Below are positions 1 through 11,056 of a stretch of DNA of 63,947 nucleotides, in pieces. Source of the stretch: Phoronis australis (Eukaryota; Animalia; Phoronida); the NCBI GenBank assembly GCA_002633005.1, contig NMRA01000504.1, positions 149,571-213,517 on the forward strand, in the 5' to 3' direction. The notes below the pieces were generated by a model. It made no database searches. It saw only the letters and a list, made by a program, of their open reading frames with translations, and was not told where the DNA came from. How positions within the stretch are numbered: the stretch's first letter is position 1; every line of letters starts with the position of its first letter. The translations under genes and the position numbers were made by a program.

Positions 1-726
1 CAAAAGGTCACAGGTCACAGAGGGTAAACAAAACTAACACAGTGATCAGCGCATGCGTACTACCTCATCCAAGAAGCTGCGAGAAATGAAAGCAGGAAAG
101 AATAGTTAAGACACGCCATAAATCGCGGTTTTCCGACGGCACAAGATGCTGAATACACTGGTGGCAAAATGCATACAGTCAATAACATCACATAGAATGT
201 GAAGCAACAGTAATTGTAGCTGTGACAATAAAATATTTTCTTTTAAAACAAAATGCATGGTAAACTCTACATGAAGTGTCCAGCTTTCTAAAGCAGGGCA
301 CCCTCAGTTGTAAATGCGACACTTCAGTCAACAACTCCAAATTGACAAAGACAGTTCCAATGTAACTGGGTACGCAAAGGATGCAACTTAACTCAATTAA
401 TTTTGCTGCAAAAAACGCACAAGGGTGCGTTATTTGAAAAATGGTCGTATTATAAATTGAACTGAAAAGTATGATAAAAACCCCACTTGCAACTGGAGCC
501 GCTGACAGTATATTTCCAAAAAAATCATCTTGTCCAATTTTGTCAAGTTTTGTCAAACATTTGGAATAAAATAAATTATAACGATTCTTGAAAGAACTAG
601 TTAAAAAATTCGCTACAAAAGTTCATATTTTTTCAGTGAGTTGACAATCGTCATTCTTGGAACACTACCCTAGCAGCAGTTACATTAGAAAAAGTTCCAC
701 AAGCAACAGTTTTCCTAGCAGTCAAT

Positions 727-903
727 TTAGTTTACCCAGTTAGCAGGCACCCAGGTGGCCTCTTTGCCGAGCCCTTCGCTGATCTTTGTCAACTCCTCAC
801 GTGTCTTGTCGAAATCACTGTTGGTGATACTAGCGTCAAAATAGTGGCCGAACGTTCGCTCGATCCGCAAGCTTTCGTCATAAAGCCGACGGAAATCCTT
901 GTC
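727..903 (-). CDS. MPP-like exon 12 (GuK C-terminus and stop)
   Basis: [58 protein letters not shown]; AG acceptor at 904-905. Confidence 0.9.
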   Translation of the reverse strand, partial: DKDFRRLYDESLRIERTFGHYFDASITNSDFDKTREELTKISEGLGKEATWVPANWVN

Positions 904-3900
904 CTACAAGGAACAAAATACGTTTGAGAAGACTCAACTTAGCGATTACTTACATTCCACAAACTGAACACACTGGTTAAGGCAGAGCTGGTCAAGTATA
1001 TAATACTCAAGTACGAGGACAATAGTTTCTCTAGTTGGTCAAAACTTACTGTCTTGTCAACAGTGTCTACGCCCCTGTTTTTGCCCTCTTCATGCAATTT
1101 CTTCAATGTGTCCAAGCTGGCAGCACCAATAAAGACGGTGTAGGGCATGAACTCAGCGGTTCTCAGCTGCTTCATCGCCTACAAAAGCAGGAACAGACAG
1201 TTCTAAGAAAATCACGCTGGACTTTGTCCTGTTAGCATTTATCATATTTAACCACTTTTGACTGTGTCGAAATGTATTTTGTTCCTGTCCATTGACAAAT
1301 GCCGACTGCAGCAAGATCAATTGTGTAAAATGTCGATCAGTTAAGAAACTGATAAATGTGAAAGTAGTGCTTATACAGTGATATGGCAATGGTCAATTCC
1401 TAAGACCTAGCTAAATGTACTGTGTGAGGAATTAATGAATAGACAAAAAAGTTAGAAACTTGTATAACGTGTTACTTAACGTTAATCACAACAAAATCTG
1501 CACAAGCAAAAACAGATGATGAATGAAAGCAGCATTTACCTGCAGCGAGTTTGTGAGAGATCTATTAAATAAAGACAACAGATAACTAGTACAAAGCTTC
1601 ATTCGCAATAACTAATAAAATCCAACGGTCACATAAAAAGAGTCTAATAGTCCAAGAGTTAAACCAGCCTCTTAATTTGCTGCTATTATTGGTATCACTT
1701 GTTCTTTTTTCTAAATTCTCGCAGCTCCATAACCTAAAGATCACCTCTTCTAACAGTCCCAGCTCAGTATGTCCTAATGACAACAATCAATCACTCCATG
1801 CTCCCTCGCCATGCAACTCCCACCTCAGTATCCCAGCCACAACACTCCCCCCCAAGTTTCATACTGCAGAGACCCTCACATCCTTACAACGTCAACCCAA
1901 ATCAGACAACCCCTCAACTCCTCCTACAATTACACAACCTGGTCCTTACCCCACCTCCTTCACATCATGACTCCTCCCCCTGTCACTCACCTGTGTATTG
2001 ACATCCAATACTGCCACCTTGTCTGCCTTCAACATGTCTCTCACCGTGTCCAGCTTGGTGCCATAGAAGTTGCCACCATACTCTCCATGTTCGAGATACT
2101 TGCCAGCCTTGATGTCTGCCTCCATTTGTGACCTGTCACAGAAGTAGTAGTACTTCCCCTCCTCTTCACCCTCACGAGCGGCTCGCGATGTGCCTGACCA
2201 AGTGATTGACAGGTGTCACTTATACAAACCATTACACTTTTGCCCAATAGGATGATGACACCAGTTGAAGAATTGCTGAAGGCATTCCGCAAAAGCTAAT
2301 CCACAGGATGTCATCAATGGATATTTCATTCAACTCAGTACGATTCGAACATCTTAATTCAGTTTGCAAACATAAACTTTGAGTTGAGCAGATAATGAAA
2401 TTGACTGAACTGTTGAAAGGGGATAATCAAAGCCACTAGCGTGGAAAAAAATCTACAGATAGATCAATTAATTCATCAAAAGTCGTGCACTTGGCTGAAT
2501 TTCGCAACATGTCTACACAATGTTCAACTACTGACAGTAAACTGTTGGTGGTATCTAGTAACCCAGATGAGGTCACAGGTTAGATATGCACAGAGGTTAA
2601 ACCATTTTATTTGCTGAAAGGCCCCCGTCTCAAAGTCCAAAGACTCCTCAACAGGTGACAATGCTTGGATTCCATGGTAGAAATAGGCAAGTTCTGCAGT
2701 AGCCAAAATTCCAAAGCAGTAAAAGACAATAAAATATTGTTGACTAAAACAGTTTCCAATAAAATATTGCATAAATAATAGGGAAAAAACGACACAACAT
2801 GTGTTGTGAATGTCATACTCCAATAAATGCGGATGTTGGTGCCAGAATCCTAAGAACCCAATGACCACAGCCTTTCACACCAGGATTTACAATACACGTG
2901 CGGGATCACTAAAGTTCCATTCACACCACTTACTAAACTTCAACCTTCGGAGAAAGAATTTTTGCTAACACCATTAACCAACAACTTACAGCGGACAACT
3001 CCAGCATACTTGTCTGGCTCGTTCTCAATCATTTTATTTTTTAGACTCCTCCTACCAACACCTTGGGCACCGATGAGAACAAGAGCCTGGCGTCTGACAC
3101 CGGCTGGTAACTTAGCAACTTCCTCATAAGTGACAATTTCTCCTGCTTCATTTTCTGAAAAAGAAAGGTGCAAAATTAGCAAACCCAACAAAAAACAAAT
3201 AAACGTAATCAATTATAGCATGGTTTTTCTTTAAAACTGCAACACAAGATAACCAAGGTGATTTCCGTTTTGACAATAGAGCACTTACCTTCTACCAAAT
3301 GATCAGAACATTATATCGTAAACTGAGAAGAGTGCAGGTCAACTTACGATTTGCATTTTTGGCCACCTTGTAAGTTCCCTTCTTTTTCCTGGCCCAGCCA
3401 CACAGCACTGTTTCAAGTACATGCAAAGATAGCATTAGTGTCATTTCTGCGCACATAATCCAGTTCTTCTATGCTGACCAAGGAGTTTCAGATAATAATA
3501 ATAATAAACTAGACAGACTTCAACACAATTCTGTCAGTCTGTCAAACTTGGACGAACTTTTTGCCACATGTATCTGACAACTGGGAAAAACAGTTGTTGC
3601 AATAAAATAGCACCACTGTCAAACTATCGTCAGAGTTCAAAGTGACATCATAGCGCCTAGACACTTACTGATTACTTGTGGATGCCCTTGCAAGGCAAGT
3701 TGTTATGATTCTGACAAAGTGGACAGAGCCACACCTGTTGAGTTTGTCGAAAATTTGAGGGAATTGAAAAGTGTTCTACTCAAAGAGAAATAGACAAGAT
3801 TTTGTACGTCGATTTTTGACCTGTCCAGTTTATTTGGAAAACTACTGTATGATGTGACAGGCTAAAACTCGGTATTTTAGCCAAATTTTTGAAGAAACGT

Positions 3901-6900
3901 GAGCCTTGGAAGCAAAGACAATCAAATTACCTTAATAAGTTGAGATAATTCTGTGCCTCTTAAGAGAGCGTGTTCAACAAAAGGAGCAAATAATTAGAAC
4001 TTAGTCGGTGGGCCAGATCTCGTAGCGTTCATCCTTGTGAGTACTTTGGGGGGCAACCTAGTTTTTTCTATGTGGCTAGATAATATACCTATAAATCAAA
4101 TTCCAAAAAGTACCCACGTCTACACTTGCACATTTTTTTAGAAAAAGGTGTTTTTGTTGCACAAAATATGATGCACATTCCTGCCACTTGGTGGCGCTTT
4201 TCTATTGAATTGACCAATCAGAGAGCCAGATTGTATTGTTGTGCTTAGTTACTTCAATATGGCTGCTCCCATGGAGTTTGATGCCTGTATAATTCAAGGT
4301 TTATCAAACAGCACAAAATTGTGATGCCAGACCTAAAGAAGCTTAGGAAAGCTTCCTGACGAAATCTGATGGACTGTGGAACTCTGTAGATCAGTAGATA
4401 AAAAAGAAGAAGAGGTGTCACAAACGTTTGTGAAGAAAACAGCTGCATGTCCTGGTGTAGCATACACAGTATACTGCTGAGTGCTGTAGACTAGAAGACC
4501 AAGTGTCAGACCAAAAAATTGAAATGACATAGAACGGCATAGCAACGTTTCAAGGCACCAGCAGTAGTACTAAAGCTGAAGTTGGTGAAAGTGATACAGA
4601 TGTTATCCAAGATTTCCTAAGAAAACCAATTATACTTCCAATATCTGAAACACCCAATTAACCTGAACAAGATAGGAACATTCTGAAACATGAGTGTATC
4701 ATTTGTTAGCATGAAAAGTACATTATGGATCATATTTCAAGAAAGAGCAAGAAGTATAGCTTTCAAATACAGGTACGTGTTTTTGAAAGGTGGTGTTTTC
4801 CAGGTGTGCTTCAGTATTCTCACCAGTTGTTTTTTTAACTTGTTCAGCCCCTTGGCTGCCTAGGCCTTAGACAATACCGCTGACCCAGTAGAGACGGTGA
4901 TCATACCATAGGTACCGGTACTCCATATGCCGGATGCTTTTCGGCAAATTATGTTCCTATATGTTTAAAAGTACCGCGTAGAGAGATGCCTCTGAGGAGG
5001 TCGTTAATGTTTTCATTTGTTCCCAGTTTAAACAAATACTCCTGCAATCCTATTTTTCGAACACGTACTCCATTGTTCAGTTGTCACATCGACACTGCTT
5101 GCGCTAAGGGATAATCATATGGTGTTATACTGTGGGTGTGATTTTAAAGCACTTTAAGTCAAAAATTTTTGAGAAGGTTAAATGGAGTAGATGGTTGCAA
5201 ACAACATGCCCAAGTGGCCGTCATCCCCTGCCGTAGTCCTGGGATAGGGGGAACCTCTTCTCAGTTTTTTGTAGAGTTGCAATTATAATTAAATTAAAGT
5301 GCCTAAGTGGCCATCGTCGTCGTCGTAATTTGAGGACGATGGAAGCCACTGTCCATTTCGTCAAACGTCGATTACTTTAAGTGTAAATCGATTGACTATG
5401 GTTTGAGCATCTGATTTAAAAAAATTAAATTTCAATCACTGCACTGGTATATCAGCTGATTTATTTTCAGTTGCATCAACTAATCTAATTATTAGATGAT
5501 CAACATTTTTAGGCGACAGATCAGACGGCATGTAAATTTGTNNNNNNNNNNNNNNNNNNNNNNNNNNNNNNNNNNNNNNNNNNNNNNNNNNNNNNNNNNN
5601 NNNNNNNNNNNNNNNNNNNNNNNNNNNNNNNNNNNNNNNNNNNNNNNNNNNNNNNNNNNNNNNNNNNNNNNNNNNNNNNNNNNNNNNNNNNNNNNNNNNN
5701 NNNNNNNNNNNNNNNNNNNNNNNNNNNNNNNNNNNNNNNNNNNNNNNNNNNNNNNNNNNNNNNNNNNNNNNNNNNNNNNNNNNNNNNNNNNNNNNNNNNN
5801 NNNNNNNNNNNNNNNNNNNNNNNNNNNNNNNNNNNNNNNNNNNNNNNNNNNNNNNNNNNNNNNNNNNNNNNNNNNNNNNNNNNNNNNNNNNNNNNNNNNN
5901 NNNNNNNNNNNNNNNNNNNNNNNNNNNNNNNNNNNNNNNNNNNNNNNNNNNNNNNNNNNNNNNNNNNNNNNNNNNNNNNNNNNNNNNNNNNNNNNNNNNN
6001 NNNNNNNNNNNNNNNNNNNNNNNNNNNNNNNNNNNNNNNNNNNNNNNNNNNNNNNNNNNNNNNNNNNNNNNTTGTTCAATACAATGGCACTGATGGGACC
6101 ATATTACTTGTTTTACAAAAAAGTCACCAAAACTGTTGTTTTTACAAATATAAGTTTACTAAGCTCTTTGGTGATTATTAGGTAACTTCAAACTCAAATT
6201 TCTCAAAAATGTGCAACTTTATATGTGAGAACTTTTTAGATTTTGAAAACACTCTAATAAATGAATTAAAAAACACCAAAATAAAATTGCCCCCCTAAAG
6301 TACTCACAAAAACCATTTTCTAGAGGCCCTGCAAATTCTGGCCCACCGACTAAACTGCACTGTGGTGATCAGCTGCCGTAAACTCACAAGAACTTTTGAC
6401 TTGGTCCTGTTTTGGCTCGGTATTTATTGCTCGCCTTTTCTCTTCTACTGCTCGTGATGGAATGAGTCCCGTCTTGTCCGTACCATACTTCTTGGCCTAA
6501 CAAGACATTACAGCAGAGGTGCTCTCAGAATGCACAACACCACAATAATGTAGAATACACAATTAAATCCACTATTTACATATTATTGATTACATTTATT
6601 TTGCGGTAAATTCTGATTCAATCTAACAATCTTAGGCCCCGATACAATCCTTTCCAGTGCAACCTTCCAAGCTAGTGCTCAAAAATTTAAAAGTATGTGT
6701 TTAGCTCAATTTATTACTTGTAACTATAGGTATCAAAATGCTTCTTGCAAAAAGTGGTCAGAAGCAGCACTCCATAGTCGAAGCACACCACCACAATCTT
6801 GAGCGGGATCTACACAATCAAATGCCTATTAGAGATCTATGAAGATCAACCATACTTACCTGCCACCAACTCTTGTCTTCCATACTTGTAATCTGGAGGA

Positions 6901-9900
6901 TGTCTCCTTTTTGGAATGCTAAACCGGAAGCTTTGTTGGCAATGAGGTTATCCTTTGCTGGTTCATAGCTAAAATGAGCTTTCATGTAAACCTGAAAGTG
7001 GTATTGTTGCACCAAGTTAATACCGTCATTGTTACAGAGATTCAAACATGCAAGATTGTACATTCCAAAAAAATTTACGGTAGCTTTCAAAAAGTTGCCA
7101 GAACGTCAAACTTTCACACCAAGAAGTTCAGGTAAATTTCCTCGAGTGAATTACTAATTTCATTGTATGTTTTCGCCATGACAAAGCTAAGCCATTTTTT
7201 ATGAATCTTTTTTATAAAACTATTGTGCAATTTTAGAAACGGAAAATTTGTTACACGACAACTTTCTTCCAATATGTAGTAACTTTAAAAACGCAGGCAA
7301 TAATATACTGACCACTTTCTGATCCTTGCTCACATAGTTGGGCAGCACTTTCAAAGTGATTGTAGAGCCCGTCGTCTTCTTGACCACGTCCATCAGTCCC
7401 TCTGGTGTGTTGACTTCCTGACCGTTGACCTCTCGTACCACGTCGCCCACATGCAGCAGGCCTAGTTTATCCACAGTGCTGTTTGCCATGATGCGTGTAA
7501 TCACCAGGTTGTCGTTTTCAACACTCACAGTGATACCCTGGCAATAGGGCAGCAATGAGGAGTTAACTCAGGGTGATAGATGCCAAAAATTCCAAATCAA
7601 AAAGGCCTTTCTTGTTTAGGAAAGGGTTAACAGCCGACGCACGTAATTTAAGGGAGAGGTACTACTCTTTATATGTCTGTCAACAGGTGTTTGTTTTGTA
7701 CATGGATTTACCCTTAACCAATTTGATGTGCAATAAGTGACACCTATTTGTCATGCTAGTAAGATCTCCAACTACACAAGCTAAACAACTCCATTACAAT
7801 TTTATTTTGTTTAGGTCAGTGCAAAACTAGTTCCTATTTTCCAGATGCCGACTTGTCAGTCTGCCAAATTCAGAGGAAAAATTTTCATGCAAAAACTGTC
7901 ATAGGTAGACGTATTACATAAATATATAGTAATCCATTTTAACTTTCAATCGACAGATTCAACTGTAGAAATGTTGCTCACAAAAAAATTAATATTGAAA
8001 AAATCAAAACAATTTTAAAAATCCTTTACCGCATTTACTGTTCTTTACAATTTCACCAAGAGCTCAGAAAAGATACTCACCAGAGGTTCATCAGGGTTCT
8101 TACGAATGCCAACCATGCGTACGGCGTCGGTGGGCCCCGCGCCAGAGACATCACCGTCCTCCTCTGGCAGAAGTTGGTCTAGGTTCACCTCGTAGTTCTT
8201 ATTGGCTATGTCATCGTGAGCTTCAGCCAGAGCCTGCAACAGCGAGTAGGCGATGTTAACAATTTTTTATAAATGAAGGTTAATGTTTAAGGTATTATCT
8301 TCAATTGTTATTCTTCCTAGAGGTCAATGGCACAGTGAGGATATTGAAGTATGACGGATTTCCTACGAGAAGCATAGCCACTGTTGACGAATGATGGTCA
8401 TTAAACTTAACTGCATTGAACAGGGGATCATGGTCTACTTGCAATTTTACTGATTTACCGTGCAAAAAATATCAAAATTTACAATTGAAAATGGGAACAA
8501 AATAATGTACATAAGCATTACGATAGCTAATCGACAGTTTGAACAAGACCAACATTGAAATAGAATCAATACATTGCCAGACAGTGTAAATGTATCGATT
8601 AGCGAATGCAACAATTTGAATTTTGTGCAATCCCAATGCTTACCTTGAAATGGGCATCTTCTAAAATCTTGTTCAGACTGGAGACTTCCTCTTCAGAACT
8701 GTGAGGTTCTAGACCAGTCAAGACATCTTTAACCAGTGATATAAAATCCTTGCTGGAAGGCTCTGGATTCTCATCCCCTTCTAGGTTGTCTTGAGTCTGC
8801 AAAGATTTATTGGTATCAGAAACAAACACCAATAGTTGGATCAATGTCAAAGAAGCTCAATGTCCGTACAAGTTTACTATGGGCAAACCAATCTTGAATT
8901 GGAATGTCGGACACAAACCCAAATGGCCAACCAGCAAATCCTGGCAAAATGTGCAAAGAGAGTGGAGTTCAAACTAGGTTGAAAATATCTAGACAATCAG
9001 TTAACATCAAGAAAAGACCCACATCAGTAGAGGATGCGATAAAAGCAAGTTTTTCTGATTACAGAAGAGAACTGGGGGATCTGGGTACCAGCTGTAGGCC
9101 GTACCGGCCAGGGCACTGCGAAATTTGCACTACAAAAATGAAAATTGGTACAGTGACATAGCCACGTGTTTAAACCTGAATTCTATGTTTGTACTGGGAA
9201 ACTGCTGGGAATGCCTTATATTCAGGGAGTAGAAATGGCCCTCTAACAATGGAGCGCAGCGCTGAGTACTCTCTTAAAAACTCTTCTAAGGCACTGCATA
9301 CACTTTTAACACAATCAAAACCTTTTACCAGGCATAACTTTCAGCACACGGTTGTGGGTCAAGTTCTATGACAAGGGTTTTACTTGTGCACGTTAAGACT
9401 ATTAGCCGTGTGAGCCTACTGTTTTACAGGGTGTCCTAAAGATTCAGCTTCGCTGGCAAGGGTTTGACAGCCATTGTTAAGCTTTGATTATCACCCTGAC
9501 ATGGTCACATGATATTCAATACTGCAGTTCCGTACTCATTTATACCGTCGCTAAGTGGAGTTCATGGCAGTGCAATTCATTTTCCAACGCCATGCAAATC
9601 TGTGTGCATTCACCAGCTACATAAGGCTCACACTTTGATGCACTGTTGACGTTTACTTCACCAGTACACCAGCAGGCACCCAGTAAATAAGTACCTTGAC
9701 TAGACTTAGTACCACAGGGTCAGACAGGAACTCCTTCAGGAACTGAGTATCATCTTCACTGGCACCAACATCCCCGAGGTCACCAATCTTGTCCACTATC
9801 TCACCAATGGCAACTGAAACAGAAGAAACATCACATCAATAGTCACAGATGACATCACGGCCTGGACTCTAACCTTTGTCAAAATTATTTTCCACTCACC

Positions 9901-11056
9901 TTCCATTCTGTTTTTGAACAAACACAAGGTAAGTGTACATCATAATCCTAGTTTGCACTTGAAGATCCTAGCATTAAAACTTTCGTGTTTGAGTCTGAAC
10001 TCAAAATTTAGAGTTGTTACTCGAGTGTAAACCTCAAATCTAGGGGTCATCAAGTGCAAACTTGGACTAGATGTCATAGTGTACTCAAGCACAGACCTTG
10101 GATTTGAGTTGATACTAATGCAGAACCAATAATAAGGACACAGAGTAGACCTCGAGCCACAAACTTGAGATTTCCAATTCACATTCCAAATTGGAGTTTT
10201 ACTGTAGTTGCAGTCATCAGGCATGATCCAAGACAATTTTCTGAACTTTTGTACAACTCGCACTATACTCAGTTACTTCAACACAAAGCTAAAGAATCTT
10301 ACATTGAGACTATACTAAAATAAAGTACAAGAGAGTTGACCGAGTCAAACTGTGTGCTGTATTAGCATCACGAAAATGATTATTAGATGGCGCAGAATAC
10401 GTCAAACCCATCCAAACATGGTAAGGTGTCAATTCCTCACGAATAAATATTTGCCAAATTTCATGAAAACCCATCAAAGAGCTGAAAAGATACAAAAGCA
10501 AACATAAAATCTTAAACTGGCATCAGGAAGCACAGCGCTAGTCCAATCTGTTCATCTACCGTCAAGTTAACAGCAACAAACTTGCAAAATTTTAAAAACA
10601 TCTTCCAAAAGGTTTAAGGACATACAACAGAAAATAGGCAATGCTGTCACCTTAATTCTAAACATATTTGCTAATTGCATGAAAATCCACCAAGGAACTG
10701 CTAAGGCAAATGTAAAAAACTAAAATTGCCACCAGGGAGCAGAGTGGTAGTCAGATCGCTTCGAAATTCGTTGTTGTCTGTAGTCAGCTTCGCAGTACAC
10801 ATGCCCAATCTTTGTTTAGATAAGGGTTTAGGAGATACAGAAGCAGACTTGGTAGATATTGAGGTACACACAAAGAAGCTAACTAAAACTGTCCAGTTTC
10901 AGGAAGATTGTGATTTCGGGGGAATTCATCAGTGAACAGCCAGACAGAGACGACAGCGGTATGCACCCACACAAGTGGCACTCCAGGGAAAGTAAACATG
11001 TACCAATAAGACAGGAAGTACTTACCCTCCCCCGATTCTTCACTTGGTACTGGCAT
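727..11056 (-). CDS. MPP2: MAGUK p55 subfamily scaffold protein (MPP2/MPP6-like), spliced, about 551 aa
   Basis: Twelve phase-compatible GT-AG exons: 11026-11056, 9695-9813, 8644-8796, 8081-8233, 7313-7537, 6860-6991, 6388-6496, 3348-3407, 2990-3154, 1991-2193, 1050-1178, 727-903 (1656 nt in total). Domain order is L27, L27, PDZ, SH3, HOOK, GuK. The protein starts MPVP and ends [11 protein letters not shown]2 versus MPP6 orthology cannot be resolved without a tree. Confidence 0.9.
1050..1178 (-). CDS. MPP-like exon 11 (GuK)
   Basis: [31 protein letters not shown]...; AG acceptor and GTAAGT donor. Confidence 0.9.
1991..2193 (-). CDS. MPP-like exon 10 (GuK core)
   Basis: [67 protein letters not shown]; AG acceptor and GTGAGT donor. 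This frame is absent from the ORF track. Confidence 0.92.
2990..3154 (-). CDS. MPP-like exon 9 (GuK start)
   Basis: [38 protein letters not shown]...; AG acceptor and GTAAGT donor. Confidence 0.92.
3348..3407 (-). CDS. MPP-like exon 8 (HOOK, basic motif)
   Basis: [19 protein letters not shown]; 60 nt, phase 1 at both ends, AG acceptor and GTAAGT donor. Confidence 0.85.
4002..6352. mobile_element. Academ-like non-autonomous DNA transposon in an MPP intron (spans an N gap)
   Basis: TIRs TAGTCGGTGGGCCAGA at 4002 and TCTGGCCCACCGACTA ending at 6352, with a perfect 4-bp TSD (AACT at 3998-4001 and 6353-6356). TAG...CTA ends with a 3-4 bp TSD fit Academ. Confidence 0.75.
5542..6071. other. Assembly gap (N run)
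   Basis: About 530 Ns. Confidence 0.98.
6388..6496 (-). CDS. MPP-like exon 7 (SH3 end)
   Basis: [29 protein letters not shown], containing the SH3 GLIPS motif; AG acceptor and GTGAGT donor. Confidence 0.9.
6860..6991 (-). CDS. MPP-like exon 6 (SH3)
   Basis: [44 protein letters not shown]; AG acceptor and GTAAGT donor. Confidence 0.92.
7313..7537 (-). CDS. MPP-like exon 5 (PDZ)
   Basis: [42 protein letters not shown]...ITLKVLP; AG acceptor and GTCAGT donor. Confidence 0.92.
8081..8233 (-). CDS. MPP-like exon 4 (L27 end, PDZ start)
   Basis: [15 protein letters not shown]...[16 protein letters not shown]; AG acceptor and GTGAGT donor. Confidence 0.92.
8644..8796 (-). CDS. MPP-like exon 3 (second L27)
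   Basis: [51 protein letters not shown]; AG acceptor and GTAAGC donor. Confidence 0.88.
9695..9813 (-). CDS. MPP-like exon 2 (first L27)
   Basis: [39 protein letters not shown]; AG acceptor and GT donor. Confidence 0.85.
11026..11056 (-). CDS. MPP-like first coding exon (exon spans 11026-11072, ATG at 11056)
   Basis: AAAAATG context, [10 protein letters not shown] then G|gtaagt. The phase-1 end joins exon 2, and the sequence resembles the MPVA start of MPP2. Confidence 0.75.

Noticed and set aside
1677-2001. Pro/Ser/Thr-rich plus-strand ORFs
   Set aside because: This is G-poor low-complexity sequence inside an MPP intron, on the antisense strand.
5492-6185. Long ORFs of 195 and 229 aa (also those at 46513-46844)
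   Set aside because: They are artefacts of N runs.
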